From the NCBI GenBank assembly GCA_038087875.1, contig JAXLNO010000655.1, forward strand, positions 186,001 to 250,000: DNA of 64,000 nt, given 5' to 3'. Position 1 is the first letter of the stretch. Every line of letters begins with the position of its first letter. Below are positions 63,117-64,000 of this stretch, one piece after another. The notes under the pieces are model-generated. The model was not told the DNA's origin. It searched no databases and worked only from the letters and a program-made list of their open reading frames with translations. The DNA comes from Malacoraja senta. Lineage: Eukaryota. A program made the translations under genes and the position numbers.

Positions 63117-63305
63117 GGTAGACAAAAAAGCTGGAGAAACTCAGTGGGTGAGGCAGCATCTATGGAGCGATGGAATAGGCGACTTTTCGGGTCGAGACCC
63201 TTCTTCAGAACTTAGAGAAGAAGGGTCTCGACCCGAAATGTCGCCTATTCCTTCGCACCATAGATGCTGCCTCACTCGCTGAGTTTCTCCAGCATTTTTA
63301 TCTAC
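63117..63305. mobile_element. Palindromic Penelope-like terminal repeat pair
   Basis: ggtagacaaaaaagctggagaaactcag...cgggtcgagacccttcttc / gaagaagggtctcgacccgaaa...ctgagtttctccagcatt. Confidence 0.85.
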
Positions 63306-63309
63306 CTTT

Positions 63310-63770
63310 AAAGTAAAGTCAAGTATCCTTTATTGTCATTCGGACTTTTCAGTCCGAACGAAATGTTGTGCCTTGCCATCATAACATAGAATAAAATAAC
63401 AAAACACACAATAAACACAGATTTAACATCCACCACAGGGAGTCTACCTGGCCCTCCTCACTGTGATGGAAGGCAAAACTCTTAAAGTCCTTGTCTCATC
63501 CCTCCTTGTTCTCCCTCTGCGTTGAGGCGAACCAGGCTTCCGATGTTGTAACCCCGCCGGGTGATGGTAAGTAAGTCCCGCGGCCGAATCCGAGCTCCGC
63601 GAACTCCGCGGCCCAGGGCGGACGAAGCTGCCACCCTCCAGTCCAGCGGACGAAGCTGTTGTTGCGGGAGCTCCGGAGAATCGGTCACCAACCTGGGACC
63701 TGCGAGCTCCCGACGTTGTCGTCCACTGGGCCCGCGGCCGAGTCTCCGAGGCTCCGAAGTCGGGTCCTTG
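63310..63770 (-). mobile_element. GC-rich non-coding retroposon with a Rex-type tail
   Basis: Tail related to those at 39910-40080 and 62665-62830; body is GC-rich. Confidence 0.5.
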
Positions 63771-64000
63771 ATCATTAATGTTCCTCTCCTGTAATTCACT
63801 GACAACAAGGGTACCTATTGTTGGAAACAGCTGTATAGGTCATGCAAAATTACAGTACCTGTTTCAGAGTAGTGACCAATTCATCACAAAATTTCTTCTG
63901 GTGAGATGGGTGGGGGGGTAGTTCCAGTTCCTTCCGATACAGGATACATCTGAGGAAGGGCCCCGTCTGTCCTTCTCGCCTCCACAGATGCTGCCTGACC

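Overview
Repeat-dense vertebrate genomic DNA, most likely from a cartilaginous fish such as a skate or ray. This is inferred from the many HE1-type tRNA/V-SINEs and HER1/CR1 LINEs. I cannot support any host protein-coding exon, and almost all ORF-track entries are retroposon debris or noise. There is a 200-N assembly gap (29642-29841), preceded by a CpG-rich, largely repeat-free promoter-like stretch. Mobile elements present: CR1, L2, Crack-like, Rex-Babar, L1, Vingi/Ingi, RTE-derived and Penelope-like retroelements, plus hAT, Tc1/mariner and PIF/Harbinger non-autonomous DNA transposons. The most notable observations are: (1) a 143-bp TSD-flanked Vingi-tailed retroposon whose first 54 nt fit a minimal HDV/CPEB3-like self-cleaving ribozyme; (2) a TSD-flanked chimera of an 18S rRNA fragment and an RTE-derived non-coding body; (3) a complete, TSD-flanked L1 with an intact ORF1 and no ORF2 (HAL1-like), whose ORF2-bearing relative is also in the window; (4) many Penelope termini carrying minimal hammerhead-like motifs, often as palindromic pairs.
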